Part shown: piece by piece, positions 24,726 through 32,000 of the stretch
Layout: each line of letters opens with the position of its first letter
Position numbering within the stretch: the stretch's first letter is position 1
Origin: a bacterium
GTDB lineage: Bacteria > Bacillota > Clostridia > TANB77 > RGIG9151
DNA: 32,000 bases
Reading direction: 5' to 3'
NCBI GenBank assembly: GCA_963635575.1
Contig: CAVHFU010000007.1
Coordinates: forward strand, 14,229-46,228
Made by a program: the position numbers and the translations under genes
Notes under the pieces: model-generated
Seen by the model: the letters and a program-made list of their open reading frames with translations, nothing else
Databases searched by the model: none
What the model was told of the DNA's origin: nothing

Positions 24726-26096
24726 ATGGAAAAAACCACAATCGCTGCAATTGCTACATCTCCGGGAATCGGAGGAATAGGAATTATAAGGATTAGCGGA
24801 GAGGAAGCATTTTCGGTCGTAGCAAATATATTTTGCCCGAAGGATGCTTTTTTTGATGTTAGAAATCCTAGGTCTAATGTAATTAAATATGGATATATCG
24901 TTGATGGAGAAAACAAAATCGACGAAGTTTTAGTGTCGTTTTTTAAAGCCCCATATTCATATACAACAGAGAACACAGTAGAAATAAATAGTCATGGTGG
25001 AACTGTTGTAATGCGAAAGATTTTAGATAAAGTTATAGAATCAGGTGCAAGGATAGCAGAGCCGGGGGAATTTACTAAAAGAGCTTTTTTAAATGGAAGA
25101 ATAGATTTGGCACAGGCCGAATCAATAATAGATATAATAACTTCAAAAACTGACAAAGCAAGAAGTGTAGCTATGAGTCAGTTAACAGGATTTTTATCAG
25201 AAAAAATAAATGAAATTCAAAAAGATGTTTATGATGTCCTGATCCAAATAGAAGCCGGAATCGATTATCCTGAGCATGAGATAGAAGATGTTACACGTGA
25301 AACATTACGAGATGTTTTGACGAAAACGAAGGAAAAGTTAGATAAGTTATATAATTCTTTTGATGAAGGAAGAGTGCTAAAAGAAGGCGTAAGGACAGCA
25401 ATTTTAGGTAAACCTAACGTTGGGAAATCTTCTTTAATGAATGTACTTTTAAGAGAAGAAAGAGCTATAGTAACTGATATTCCGGGTACAACTCGTGATA
25501 CGATAGAGGAATTTGTAAATATAAAAGGAATACCGCTTAGAATAATAGATACTGCCGGAATACGAAAGACAGAGGATATTATTGAAGAAATTGGTGTGAA
25601 CAAGGCCAAAAAAGAAGTTAATGATGCCGATATGATAATTGCTGTTTTTGATGTCTCAAGAGAGTTAACAGAAGAAGATTTTGAAATAATTAATCTTATA
25701 AAAAATAAGAAATCTATAATTCTAGTAAACAAAATTGATTTAGATGAAAAATGGAACATATCAGAAATTTTTGGAGATAAAAAAGTGTTTAATATTTCAG
25801 CAAAGTCAAAAATTGGAATAGATGAAATTGAAGATGAAATTGAGCGACTTTGGAAAAACAACGATATGGATACAGGAGAAAATGTAATAATATCTAATAT
25901 GAGGCATAAAAACTTAATACTGGAAGCTAGTAATAGCACGAAAAATGCACTCGAAGCTCTAAAATGCGATTTGCCGGTCGATATGGTGTCTATTGATATA
26001 AAATCATTACTAGATAGCTTGGGAGAGATTACAGGGCAAAATGTGAGCGAAGAGACTATAAACGGCATTTTTTCACGCTTTTGCTTAGGTAAGTAA
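24726..26096 (+). CDS. mnmE: tRNA modification GTPase MnmE (TrmE)
   Basis: G-domain motifs GKPNVGKSSLMN, DTAGIR and NKIDL. C-terminal CLGK. Confidence 0.95.
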   Translation: MEKTTIAAIATSPGIGGIGIIRISGEEAFSVVANIFCPKDAFFDVRNPRSNVIKYGYIVDGENKIDEVLVSFFKAPYSYTTENTVEINSHGGTVVMRKILDKVIESGARIAEPGEFTKRAFLNGRIDLAQAESIIDIITSKTDKARSVAMSQLTGFLSEKINEIQKDVYDVLIQIEAGIDYPEHEIEDVTRETLRDVLTKTKEKLDKLYNSFDEGRVLKEGVRTAILGKPNVGKSSLMNVLLREERAIVTDIPGTTRDTIEEFVNIKGIPLRIIDTAGIRKTEDIIEEIGVNKAKKEVNDADMIIAVFDVSRELTEEDFEIINLIKNKKSIILVNKIDLDEKWNISEIFGDKKVFNISAKSKIGIDEIEDEIERLWKNNDMDTGENVIISNMRHKNLILEASNSTKNALEALKCDLPVDMVSIDIKSLLDSLGEITGQNVSEETINGIFSRFCLGK

Positions 26097-26114
26097 TTTT
26101 GTGGAGATGATAAT

Positions 26115-27989
26115 ATGGAATTTTTTATAGATAATTATGATGTAGCAGTAGTAGGTGCGGGTCATGCCGGGTGCGAGGCAGCTTTAGCATCAGCAAGATT
26201 AGGATGTAAGACAATCATTTTTTCAATAAATTTAGACAGCATAGCTAACATGCCATGTAATCCGAGTATAGGTGGAACATCTAAAGGACATTTAGTAAGA
26301 GAAATAGATGCTTTAGGCGGTGAAATGGGAAAAAATACTGACAAAACATTTATTCAATCAAAAATGTTAAATACATCAAAGGGCCCGGCAGTATTTTCAT
26401 TAAGAGCACAAGCCGATAGAAGAAAATATCAAATTGAAATGAAACATACGTTAGAAACTCAGGAAAATCTAGATATTAACCAAGCTGAAATAAGTGATAT
26501 AGAGATAAAAGATGGAAGAATAATGGCCATAAAAACTGCAAGAGGTGGAATTTATCATGTAAAAGCAGTTGTACTTGCTACCGGCACATATTTAAAGGGA
26601 AGAATATTTTTGGGCGATGTTAATTATGAAGGTGGACCCGACGGAATGTTTCCAGCACAATACTTATCTAAATCCCTTATAGATAACGGAATCGAACTAA
26701 TGAGGTTTAAGACCGGAACACCGGCTAGAATAAATGCTAGAAGTATTAACTTTGAAGAAATGGAAATTCAAGAAGGCGATAAGGAAATAATACCATTTTC
26801 GTTTGAAAATGAAAAATTGGATCGTGAACAAATATCTTGTTATTTAACATACACAAACGAAAAAACGCATGACATTATAAAATCTAATATACACCGTTCA
26901 CCATTATATTCCGGAAATATAAAAGGCATAGGACCAAGATATTGTCCATCAATAGAAGATAAAGTTGTACGTTTCTCAGATAAAGAAAGACATCAAATTT
27001 TTATTGAACCTATGGGAGAAAACACAGATGAAATGTATGTTCAAGGAATGTCATCGAGTTTGCCAGAAGATGTTCAATACGAAGTATATCACAGCATAAA
27101 AGGACTTGAAAACGCGAAAATAATGCGACCGGCATATGCAATCGAGTATGATTGCATAAATCCTACTCAATTAAAACGTTCACTAGAACATAAAAATATA
27201 GAAGGAATGTTTTTTGCAGGTCAAATAAACGGAAGTTCTGGGTATGAAGAAGCAGCAGCTCAAGGTATAATAGCAGGAATAAATGCAGCACAGAAAGTAA
27301 AAGGATTAGAACCGGTAATATTGGATCGCTCAGAAGCGTATATAGGTGTATTAATTGATGATTTAGTTACTAAAGGGACGAATGAACCATATAGAATGAT
27401 GACTTCAAGAGCAGAATACAGATTAATCTTAAGACAGGACAATGCTGATACAAGATTAACACCTGTCGGACATAAGATAGGATTGATTTCTGATGATATG
27501 TATAATAAATTCTTAAAGAAACATGAAAATGTTGAAAAAGAAATAAAGAGAGTAAAAGAAACTGTTATTTCTCCTACTGAGGAGGTAAATGAATTATTAG
27601 AATCAAAGGGGACGAGTAGAATTACGACAGGTGTTCATTTAGATGAACTACTTAAAAGAACTGAAATTACATATGAAGATTTAAGCAAAATAGACAAAGA
27701 TAGACCTGAGCTTACAAGAGTGGAGAAAGAACAAGTAGAAGTGCAAATTAAGTATGAAGGATATATAAATAGGCAGTTGGTACAAATTGGACAGTTTAAA
27801 AAGCTTGAGAGAAAATTGTTGCCAAAAGAGATAGATTATAACGAAATAAGTGGGCTTGCATTAGAAGCAAGACAAAAGTTAAACAAGCAAAGACCTGAAT
27901 CAATAGGACAAGCATCTAGAATATCTGGTGTGTCTCCAGCAGATATTTCCGTATTGTTAGTTTGGCTTGCAATGAAAAATAAAAAATAA
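26115..27989 (+). CDS. mnmG: tRNA uridine 5-carboxymethylaminomethyl modification enzyme MnmG (GidA)
   Basis: FAD-binding [12 protein letters not shown], plus [30 protein letters not shown] and [13 protein letters not shown]. Confidence 0.96.
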   Translation: MEFFIDNYDVAVVGAGHAGCEAALASARLGCKTIIFSINLDSIANMPCNPSIGGTSKGHLVREIDALGGEMGKNTDKTFIQSKMLNTSKGPAVFSLRAQADRRKYQIEMKHTLETQENLDINQAEISDIEIKDGRIMAIKTARGGIYHVKAVVLATGTYLKGRIFLGDVNYEGGPDGMFPAQYLSKSLIDNGIELMRFKTGTPARINARSINFEEMEIQEGDKEIIPFSFENEKLDREQISCYLTYTNEKTHDIIKSNIHRSPLYSGNIKGIGPRYCPSIEDKVVRFSDKERHQIFIEPMGENTDEMYVQGMSSSLPEDVQYEVYHSIKGLENAKIMRPAYAIEYDCINPTQLKRSLEHKNIEGMFFAGQINGSSGYEEAAAQGIIAGINAAQKVKGLEPVILDRSEAYIGVLIDDLVTKGTNEPYRMMTSRAEYRLILRQDNADTRLTPVGHKIGLISDDMYNKFLKKHENVEKEIKRVKETVISPTEEVNELLESKGTSRITTGVHLDELLKRTEITYEDLSKIDKDRPELTRVEKEQVEVQIKYEGYINRQLVQIGQFKKLERKLLPKEIDYNEISGLALEARQKLNKQRPESIGQASRISGVSPADISVLLVWLAMKNKK

Positions 27990-28002
27990 CGGAGGAAATA
28001 GA

Positions 28003-28695
28003 ATGAATAATTCTAAAAAGTTAGTTGAAGATGCAAAAAAAATAAATGTTGAATTAGATATGTTTCACGTGAAACAATTTAAAAAATATCAAGAACTATT
28101 ACTAGATTGGAATGAAAAAATAAACCTAACTGCAATTACAGAAGAAAATGATATTATAACAAAACATTTTATTGATTCTTTAACTTGTTTAAAATATATA
28201 GATAACAAGAGCAAAGTGATAGACGTTGGTACAGGAGCAGGTTTCCCCGGCATACCAATAAAAATTGTTTCACGTGAAACAAAACTTACTTTGTTAGATT
28301 CGTTAAACAAAAGAATTGTGTATTTAAATGATGTCATAGATAAATTACAATTAACAGGGGTTGAAACTATACATAGCAGAGCCGAAGAACTTAGTAAAGA
28401 TAAGAAATACAGAGAAAAATTTGATATAGCTACTGCAAGAGCAGTTGCCAACTTAAAAGTTTTATCTGAATATTGTTTGCCATTTGTAAAAGTTGGCGGT
28501 AAGTTTATATGTATGAAAGGCTCGGGATATGAAGAAGAAATAAATGAGGCAAAGGCTCATATTGGAAATCTTGGTGGAAAGATATCTAAAGTAGAAGAAA
28601 TTATTTTGCCTGAATCGGATATAAAGCACACGATAATTATTATAGATAAAATAAGCGAGACACCAAAGCAATTCCCAAGAAGAAAAATAAAGTGA
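28003..28695 (+). CDS. rsmG: 16S rRNA (guanine527-N7)-methyltransferase RsmG (GidB)
   Basis: SAM-binding DVGTGAGFPGIP. Conserved position after mnmG. TGA stop at 28693-28695. Confidence 0.93.
   Translation: MNNSKKLVEDAKKINVELDMFHVKQFKKYQELLLDWNEKINLTAITEENDIITKHFIDSLTCLKYIDNKSKVIDVGTGAGFPGIPIKIVSRETKLTLLDSLNKRIVYLNDVIDKLQLTGVETIHSRAEELSKDKKYREKFDIATARAVANLKVLSEYCLPFVKVGGKFICMKGSGYEEEINEAKAHIGNLGGKISKVEEIILPESDIKHTIIIIDKISETPKQFPRRKIK
28061..28076. promoter_or_regulatory. parS site (perfect palindrome TGTTTCACGTGAAACA) inside rsmG
   Basis: Exact 16-bp palindrome matching the Firmicute parS consensus TGTTNCACGTGAAACA. Confidence 0.85.
28266..28281. promoter_or_regulatory. parS site (perfect palindrome) inside rsmG
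   Basis: TGTTTCACGTGAAACA. Confidence 0.85.
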
Positions 28696-28708
28696 GTTTG
28701 AAAAAACA

Positions 28709-28923
28709 TATAAAACACCCTGTGTAAATAAATGTCGCTCCGACGAACTACGTTTTACAAGGTTCTAACCAAATTACCGACCGTCGCTCAAAGTCGACAT
28801 CCTTGTCGACTTTCGCTCAAAATTTCATCCGCGAAATTTTGACGGTCTTGCCTACGGCAAATTTGGAGAACCGGACTAAAACTCCGTAAAGTCGCTCTAT
28901 TTATTTACACAGGGTGTTTTATA
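28709..28923. repeat. 215-bp GC-enriched structured element with perfect 25-bp terminal inverted repeats; candidate ncRNA, MITE or elaborate bidirectional terminator
   Basis: The left TIR is tataaaacaccctgtgtaaataaat (28709-28733) and its exact reverse complement lies at 28899-28923. An inner helix pairs 28761-28779 with 28855-28872. CCGTC (28781-28785) pairs with GACGG (28841-28845). Two central hairpins occupy 28790-28813 and 28819-28840. (G/T)TCGCTC occurs four times. There is no convincing ORF or RBS. Confidence 0.6.
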
Positions 28924-28952
28924 CTTTATAATGAAAACCAATAATATAAAAA

Positions 28953-28968
28953 TGTTTCACGTGAAACA
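28953..28968. promoter_or_regulatory. parS site (perfect palindrome) upstream of parA
   Basis: aaaaaTGTTTCACGTGAAACAttttt; the palindrome is extended by flanking A and T runs. Confidence 0.85.
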
Positions 28969-29050
28969 TTTTTTTGCATTCTTCTTCCTTTTTAGAAAAA
29001 AATATGCTAGAATGTGGAGGAAGATATACGTGATGAAGGGAGATACTTCT

Positions 29051-29830
29051 ATGGGAAAAATTATAGCAATTACAAACCAAAAGGGCGGAGTTGGGAAAAC
29101 TACAACCGCAGTAAATTTAAGTGCATCGTTAGCTGTTAAAGGGAAAAAGGTATTACTTGTAGACACTGATCCACAAGGAAATGCTACTAGTGGCCTTGGA
29201 ATTGATAAATCAAAAGACAATAAAAACATTTATTCTGTTATGATAGACGGAGAAACGATAAAAGACTGCATACAAGAAACAAAGATAAAAAAGCTAAATG
29301 TCTTACCATCCAGTATTGAACTTGCGGGAGCAGAAATAGAATTGGTTAGCGTTATGGCAAGAGAATTTGTATTAAAAACAGCGTTGGAGGAAGTAAAAGA
29401 TTTATATGATTATATAGTAATCGATTGCCCACCCTCACTAGGACTAATTACATTAAACTCGCTGTCAGCTGCTAATTCCGTATTAATACCTATTCAGTGT
29501 GAGTTCTATGCACTAGAAGGATTGGGTCAGCTTATTAACACAATAAATTTAATAAAGAAAAAAATAAATCCCGAACTTGAAATTGAAGGCATTGTGTTAA
29601 CGATGTACGAGTCGAGAAGAAAGCTTTCAAAAGAAGTGGCTGAAGAAGTAAAAAAACATTTTAAGGATAAGGTTTATCCTGTGATGATTCCTAGAAATGT
29701 AAGGTTAAGTGAGGCTCCAAGTCATGGGTTACCCATTGTTGTTTACGACAAGAATTCCATAGGTACTAAGAGTTATAATGACTTAGCCAGATTAGTACTA
29801 AAAGCAAATACAAATAAGGATAAAAAATAA
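29051..29830 (+). CDS. parA: Chromosome partitioning ATPase ParA (Soj)
   Basis: [18 protein letters not shown] (deviant Walker A) matches the Soj N-terminus, with GAAGGGAG 8 nt upstream. Alternative in-frame starts exist at 29030 (GTG) and 29033 (ATG). The track's start at 28931 would run through parS and is rejected. Confidence 0.9.
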   Translation: MGKIIAITNQKGGVGKTTTAVNLSASLAVKGKKVLLVDTDPQGNATSGLGIDKSKDNKNIYSVMIDGETIKDCIQETKIKKLNVLPSSIELAGAEIELVSVMAREFVLKTALEEVKDLYDYIVIDCPPSLGLITLNSLSAANSVLIPIQCEFYALEGLGQLINTINLIKKKINPELEIEGIVLTMYESRRKLSKEVAEEVKKHFKDKVYPVMIPRNVRLSEAPSHGLPIVVYDKNSIGTKSYNDLARLVLKANTNKDKK

Positions 29831-29832
29831 AA

Positions 29833-29848
29833 TGTTTCACGTGAAACA
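29833..29848. promoter_or_regulatory. parS site (perfect palindrome) between parA and parB
   Basis: TGTTTCACGTGAAACA, lying between the parA stop and the parB RBS. Confidence 0.85.
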
Positions 29849-29863
29849 TCGAGGAGGAAAAAG

Positions 29864-30736
29864 ATGAAAAAGAGTTTAGGAAAAGGGTTAGATGCACTTT
29901 TTGGTGAAGAGATAGAAGAAAAAATAGAGAAAATAGAGGGTAAAAACACTTCTACAGGGATAACAGAGCTAAAAATAACGGAAATAGAGCCTAATACAAA
30001 GCAACCAAGGAAAATGTTCGATCAAGAAAAAATAGATAGTTTAGCTGAATCTATTAAAGAAAATGGAATAATGCAACCTGTTGTTGTTTCGAAAACGGGC
30101 GACACATATAAAATCATAGCGGGAGAAAGGAGATGGAGGGCTGCGAGAGTGGCCGGCTTAAAAACAATTCCTGTTATAATTAGAAATGATATAGCAGATT
30201 CAAAAATACTTGAATTGGCACTAATTGAAAATATACAAAGACAAGACTTAAATGTTTTAGAAGAAGCGAATGCTTTTCAAGTTTTAATGACAGAATACAA
30301 TATGACTCAGGAAGATGTTTCTAAAGTAGTGGGTAAGAGTAGGTCAGCAGTAGCAAACGTGGTGAGATTATTAAATCTAGACCAAAGAGTTCAAGAAATG
30401 TTAAATGAGAATAGGATTTCGGAAGCACACGCAAGAGCAATTTTATCTATTACATCCAATGAAAAGCAATATGAGATGGCATTGCTTATTGAAAAACGCG
30501 GAATGACTGTGCGTGATGTGGAAATGTTAATGAGGAGACGTAAAAAAAACAAAAACTCTGATAAAGTTGAAGATATTTTTACAAAGACATTAGAGGATAG
30601 TATGAAAGGATATTTAGGTACAAAGGTAAAGATAATATCTAAGTCTAATGAAAAGGGAAAGATAGTTATAGAATATATGTCTAATAGTGATTTGGACAGA
30701 ATTATGGATATTATAGGAATGGAAAAGGATTATTAA
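29864..30736 (+). CDS. parB: Chromosome partitioning protein ParB (Spo0J)
   Basis: ParB-box GERRWRAA, an HTH region (QEDVSKVVGKSRSAVAN), and RBS GAGGAGG. Confidence 0.93.
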   Translation: MKKSLGKGLDALFGEEIEEKIEKIEGKNTSTGITELKITEIEPNTKQPRKMFDQEKIDSLAESIKENGIMQPVVVSKTGDTYKIIAGERRWRAARVAGLKTIPVIIRNDIADSKILELALIENIQRQDLNVLEEANAFQVLMTEYNMTQEDVSKVVGKSRSAVANVVRLLNLDQRVQEMLNENRISEAHARAILSITSNEKQYEMALLIEKRGMTVRDVEMLMRRRKKNKNSDKVEDIFTKTLEDSMKGYLGTKVKIISKSNEKGKIVIEYMSNSDLDRIMDIIGMEKDY

Positions 30737-30755
30737 TTTTAGGAGGAAATAATTA

Positions 30756-31277
30756 ATGAGTTTTTTTGAGGGAATAATTCAAAATCCGGCATTTATATTT
30801 TCACTCTTAATAATAAATACGTTATTGATGATAATGTTTTTGATATGTACTTTAGTGGTTGGAAAATCATATAAAAATTTAAATGCACGGTATTTAGATT
30901 TTATGAGTAAACTTGGAAATGGTGAAAATGTAGAAAAAATTCTTTCCGAGTACTTAAAAATTGTTGATGAAATGATGAAAAAATCCAAGAATCACGAAGA
31001 GGAAATAATACGTTTAGAAAACAATTTAAAAAAGTGTGTACAAAAAATTGGAATTGTTCGATATAATGCATATGGTGATACAGGAAGTGATTTAAGTTTT
31101 ACCTTAGCTCTAATGGATTCTGATGATAATGGTGTTGTGGTAAATGGGTTATATTCTAGAGAAAGTTCTTCGATATTCGCAAAGCCTTTAGTAAAAGGAG
31201 AAACAAAGTATAATCTTAGTGCTGAAGAAATACAAGCAATAGATATAGCAAAGAGTAGTAGTAATGCCAGATACTAG
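30756..31277 (+). CDS. DUF4446-like membrane protein commonly found downstream of parB in Firmicutes
   Basis: N-terminal TM segment (FIFSLLIINTLLMIMFLICTLVV), a coiled-coil segment, and a conserved-looking RYNAYGDTGSDLSFTLALMDSDDNGVVVNGLY. RBS AGGAGG. The family name is from memory. Confidence 0.6.
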   Translation: MSFFEGIIQNPAFIFSLLIINTLLMIMFLICTLVVGKSYKNLNARYLDFMSKLGNGENVEKILSEYLKIVDEMMKKSKNHEEEIIRLENNLKKCVQKIGIVRYNAYGDTGSDLSFTLALMDSDDNGVVVNGLYSRESSSIFAKPLVKGETKYNLSAEEIQAIDIAKSSSNARY

Positions 31278-31297
31278 TCGGTTGAGGAGGAAATGAT

Positions 31298-32000
31298 ATG
31301 GCAATTGTTGATATTAAAAAGTATAAACGCTATGAACGACAAAAAAGAAAATTTAGTGAATTAGAAAAATTGGATACTATATTAAAGAGACAACTTATGA
31401 TTAAATGTGGAATGGCTATGATGTACGTTTCAAAAGGAAAAAACAGTGTTTTTATGACGCGTGGAAGACATTCTGAACAGGTCGCTGAGATAGGAGCGAA
31501 TTTAGCCAGAACTCTCGGTGGGGATGATGAAAAGGCTAGAAGAATAGGAATAGCACATGATTTTGGACATACCACTTTAGCACATAATGGAGAAACAGGA
31601 TTAGCTAGATTTTTAAATTCACCAGAAGAATTTAAAGAATTTGATGAGTTAAATGTTAGAAGTTTTTTTGACCATTCAAAACATGGTACAAAAATATTAA
31701 AAATAACCTGTGCGAGAGCAGGAGTTGAAATTCCGGACTATCTAATAAATGGCATAGAATCACATTCTTCGGGAAGTAATTCTAAAGGTGTGGTAAACTG
31801 TGAAAGTTTTGAAGCAGAATGTATAATGAGAGCTGATAAAATAGCAAGTTCTATATCAGACACGCAAGATATGCTAAAAGCGGGTGTTTTTGATTTATCT
31901 GATGAATCATTAAAAGAAGTCCTAGATAATAATGAAGAGGTAAGAAAAACGATTGCTAAGAGAGTGTTTGGAGATTATAAAAATAACGAGGACGATTTTG
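31298..32000 (+). CDS. HD-domain phosphohydrolase, dGTPase-like (dNTP triphosphohydrolase family); the 3' end lies outside the window
   Basis: Absent from the ORF track because it has no stop in the window. GAGGAGG lies 7 nt before the ATG at 31298. Hand translation gives ...TRGRHSEQVAEIGANLA...GIAHDFGHTTLAHNGE..., resembling the HS..V / HDxGHxPFxHxGE signature. The frame is open to the window end. Confidence 0.55.
   Translation, partial: MAIVDIKKYKRYERQKRKFSELEKLDTILKRQLMIKCGMAMMYVSKGKNSVFMTRGRHSEQVAEIGANLARTLGGDDEKARRIGIAHDFGHTTLAHNGETGLARFLNSPEEFKEFDELNVRSFFDHSKHGTKILKITCARAGVEIPDYLINGIESHSSGSNSKGVVNCESFEAECIMRADKIASSISDTQDMLKAGVFDLSDESLKEVLDNNEEVRKTIAKRVFGDYKNNEDDF

Noticed and set aside
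25265-26068. Long antisense ORFs opposite well-supported genes: 25265-26068 in mnmE, 13384-13914 in dnaN, 6918-7373 in hydA, 23633-24016 and 23971-24267 in yidC/jag, 28089-28451 in rsmG, 16026-16400 in pcrA, 19574-19885 in spo0A, 24704-24976, 28957-29229 and 31330-31575.
   Set aside because: All lie opposite genes with clear family motifs. They encode Ser/Ile/Phe/Leu-rich low-complexity sequence, as expected for the complement of purine-rich AT-biased coding DNA. None has a convincing RBS.
28732-28842. A 36-codon ATG ORF (MSLRRTTFYKVLTKLPTVAQSRHPCRLSLKISSAKF) inside the inverted-repeat element.
   Set aside because: It has no RBS. Its codon usage (CGA, TCG, CCG, ACG, GTC) is foreign to this genome, and the sequence is better explained by base-pairing constraints.
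28734-28897. The GTCGCTC and TCGCTCAAA direct repeats as a CRISPR array.
   Set aside because: The repeats are only 7-9 nt long and irregularly spaced (49, 29 and 79 nt). They are embedded in a palindromic structure, and no cas genes are present.

Overview
This is a visibly AT-rich window from the chromosomal replication-origin region of a low-GC Firmicute, probably Clostridia or Tissierellia-like (spo0A is present). Gene orientation flips at about 15.7-16.1 kb. To the left, everything is on the minus strand: dnaA-dnaN-recF, a hydC-hydB-hydA trimeric [FeFe]-hydrogenase operon, htrA, a DUF234 ATPase-like gene and a large surface-protein gene. To the right, genes are mostly on the plus strand: pcrA, yigZ, spo0A, comEA, then rpmH-rnpA-yidD-yidC-jag-mnmE-mnmG-rsmG-parA-parB, a DUF4446-like gene and a partial HD/dGTPase-like gene. 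DnaA-box clusters flank dnaA on both sides, giving a bipartite oriC. Four perfect 16-bp parS palindromes lie in and around rsmG, parA and parB. No tRNA, rRNA, CRISPR array or transposase was seen. Three things are most worth a second look. (1) A 215-bp GC-enriched element between rsmG and parA has perfect 25-bp terminal inverted repeats, two hairpins with GGA-containing loops and four GTCGCTC repeats. It could be a structured ncRNA or a MITE, and it sits where noc lies in Bacillus. (2) A small locus downstream of hydA has a strong RBS and ATG that open a Cys/Asn-rich frame interrupted by one in-frame TGA, while the +1 frame carries the better coding signature but has no start codon. (3) A compact promoter-ORF-terminator unit encodes a 31-aa hydrophobic peptide. 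Other observations are a TSCSPGW variant of the HydA H-cluster L1 motif, a DUF234 ATPase with a degenerate P-loop behind a perfect consensus promoter, exported His/Cys modules in the surface protein, and non-canonical origin synteny. All calls come from reading the sequence and from motif recall. No database searches or folding programs were run.
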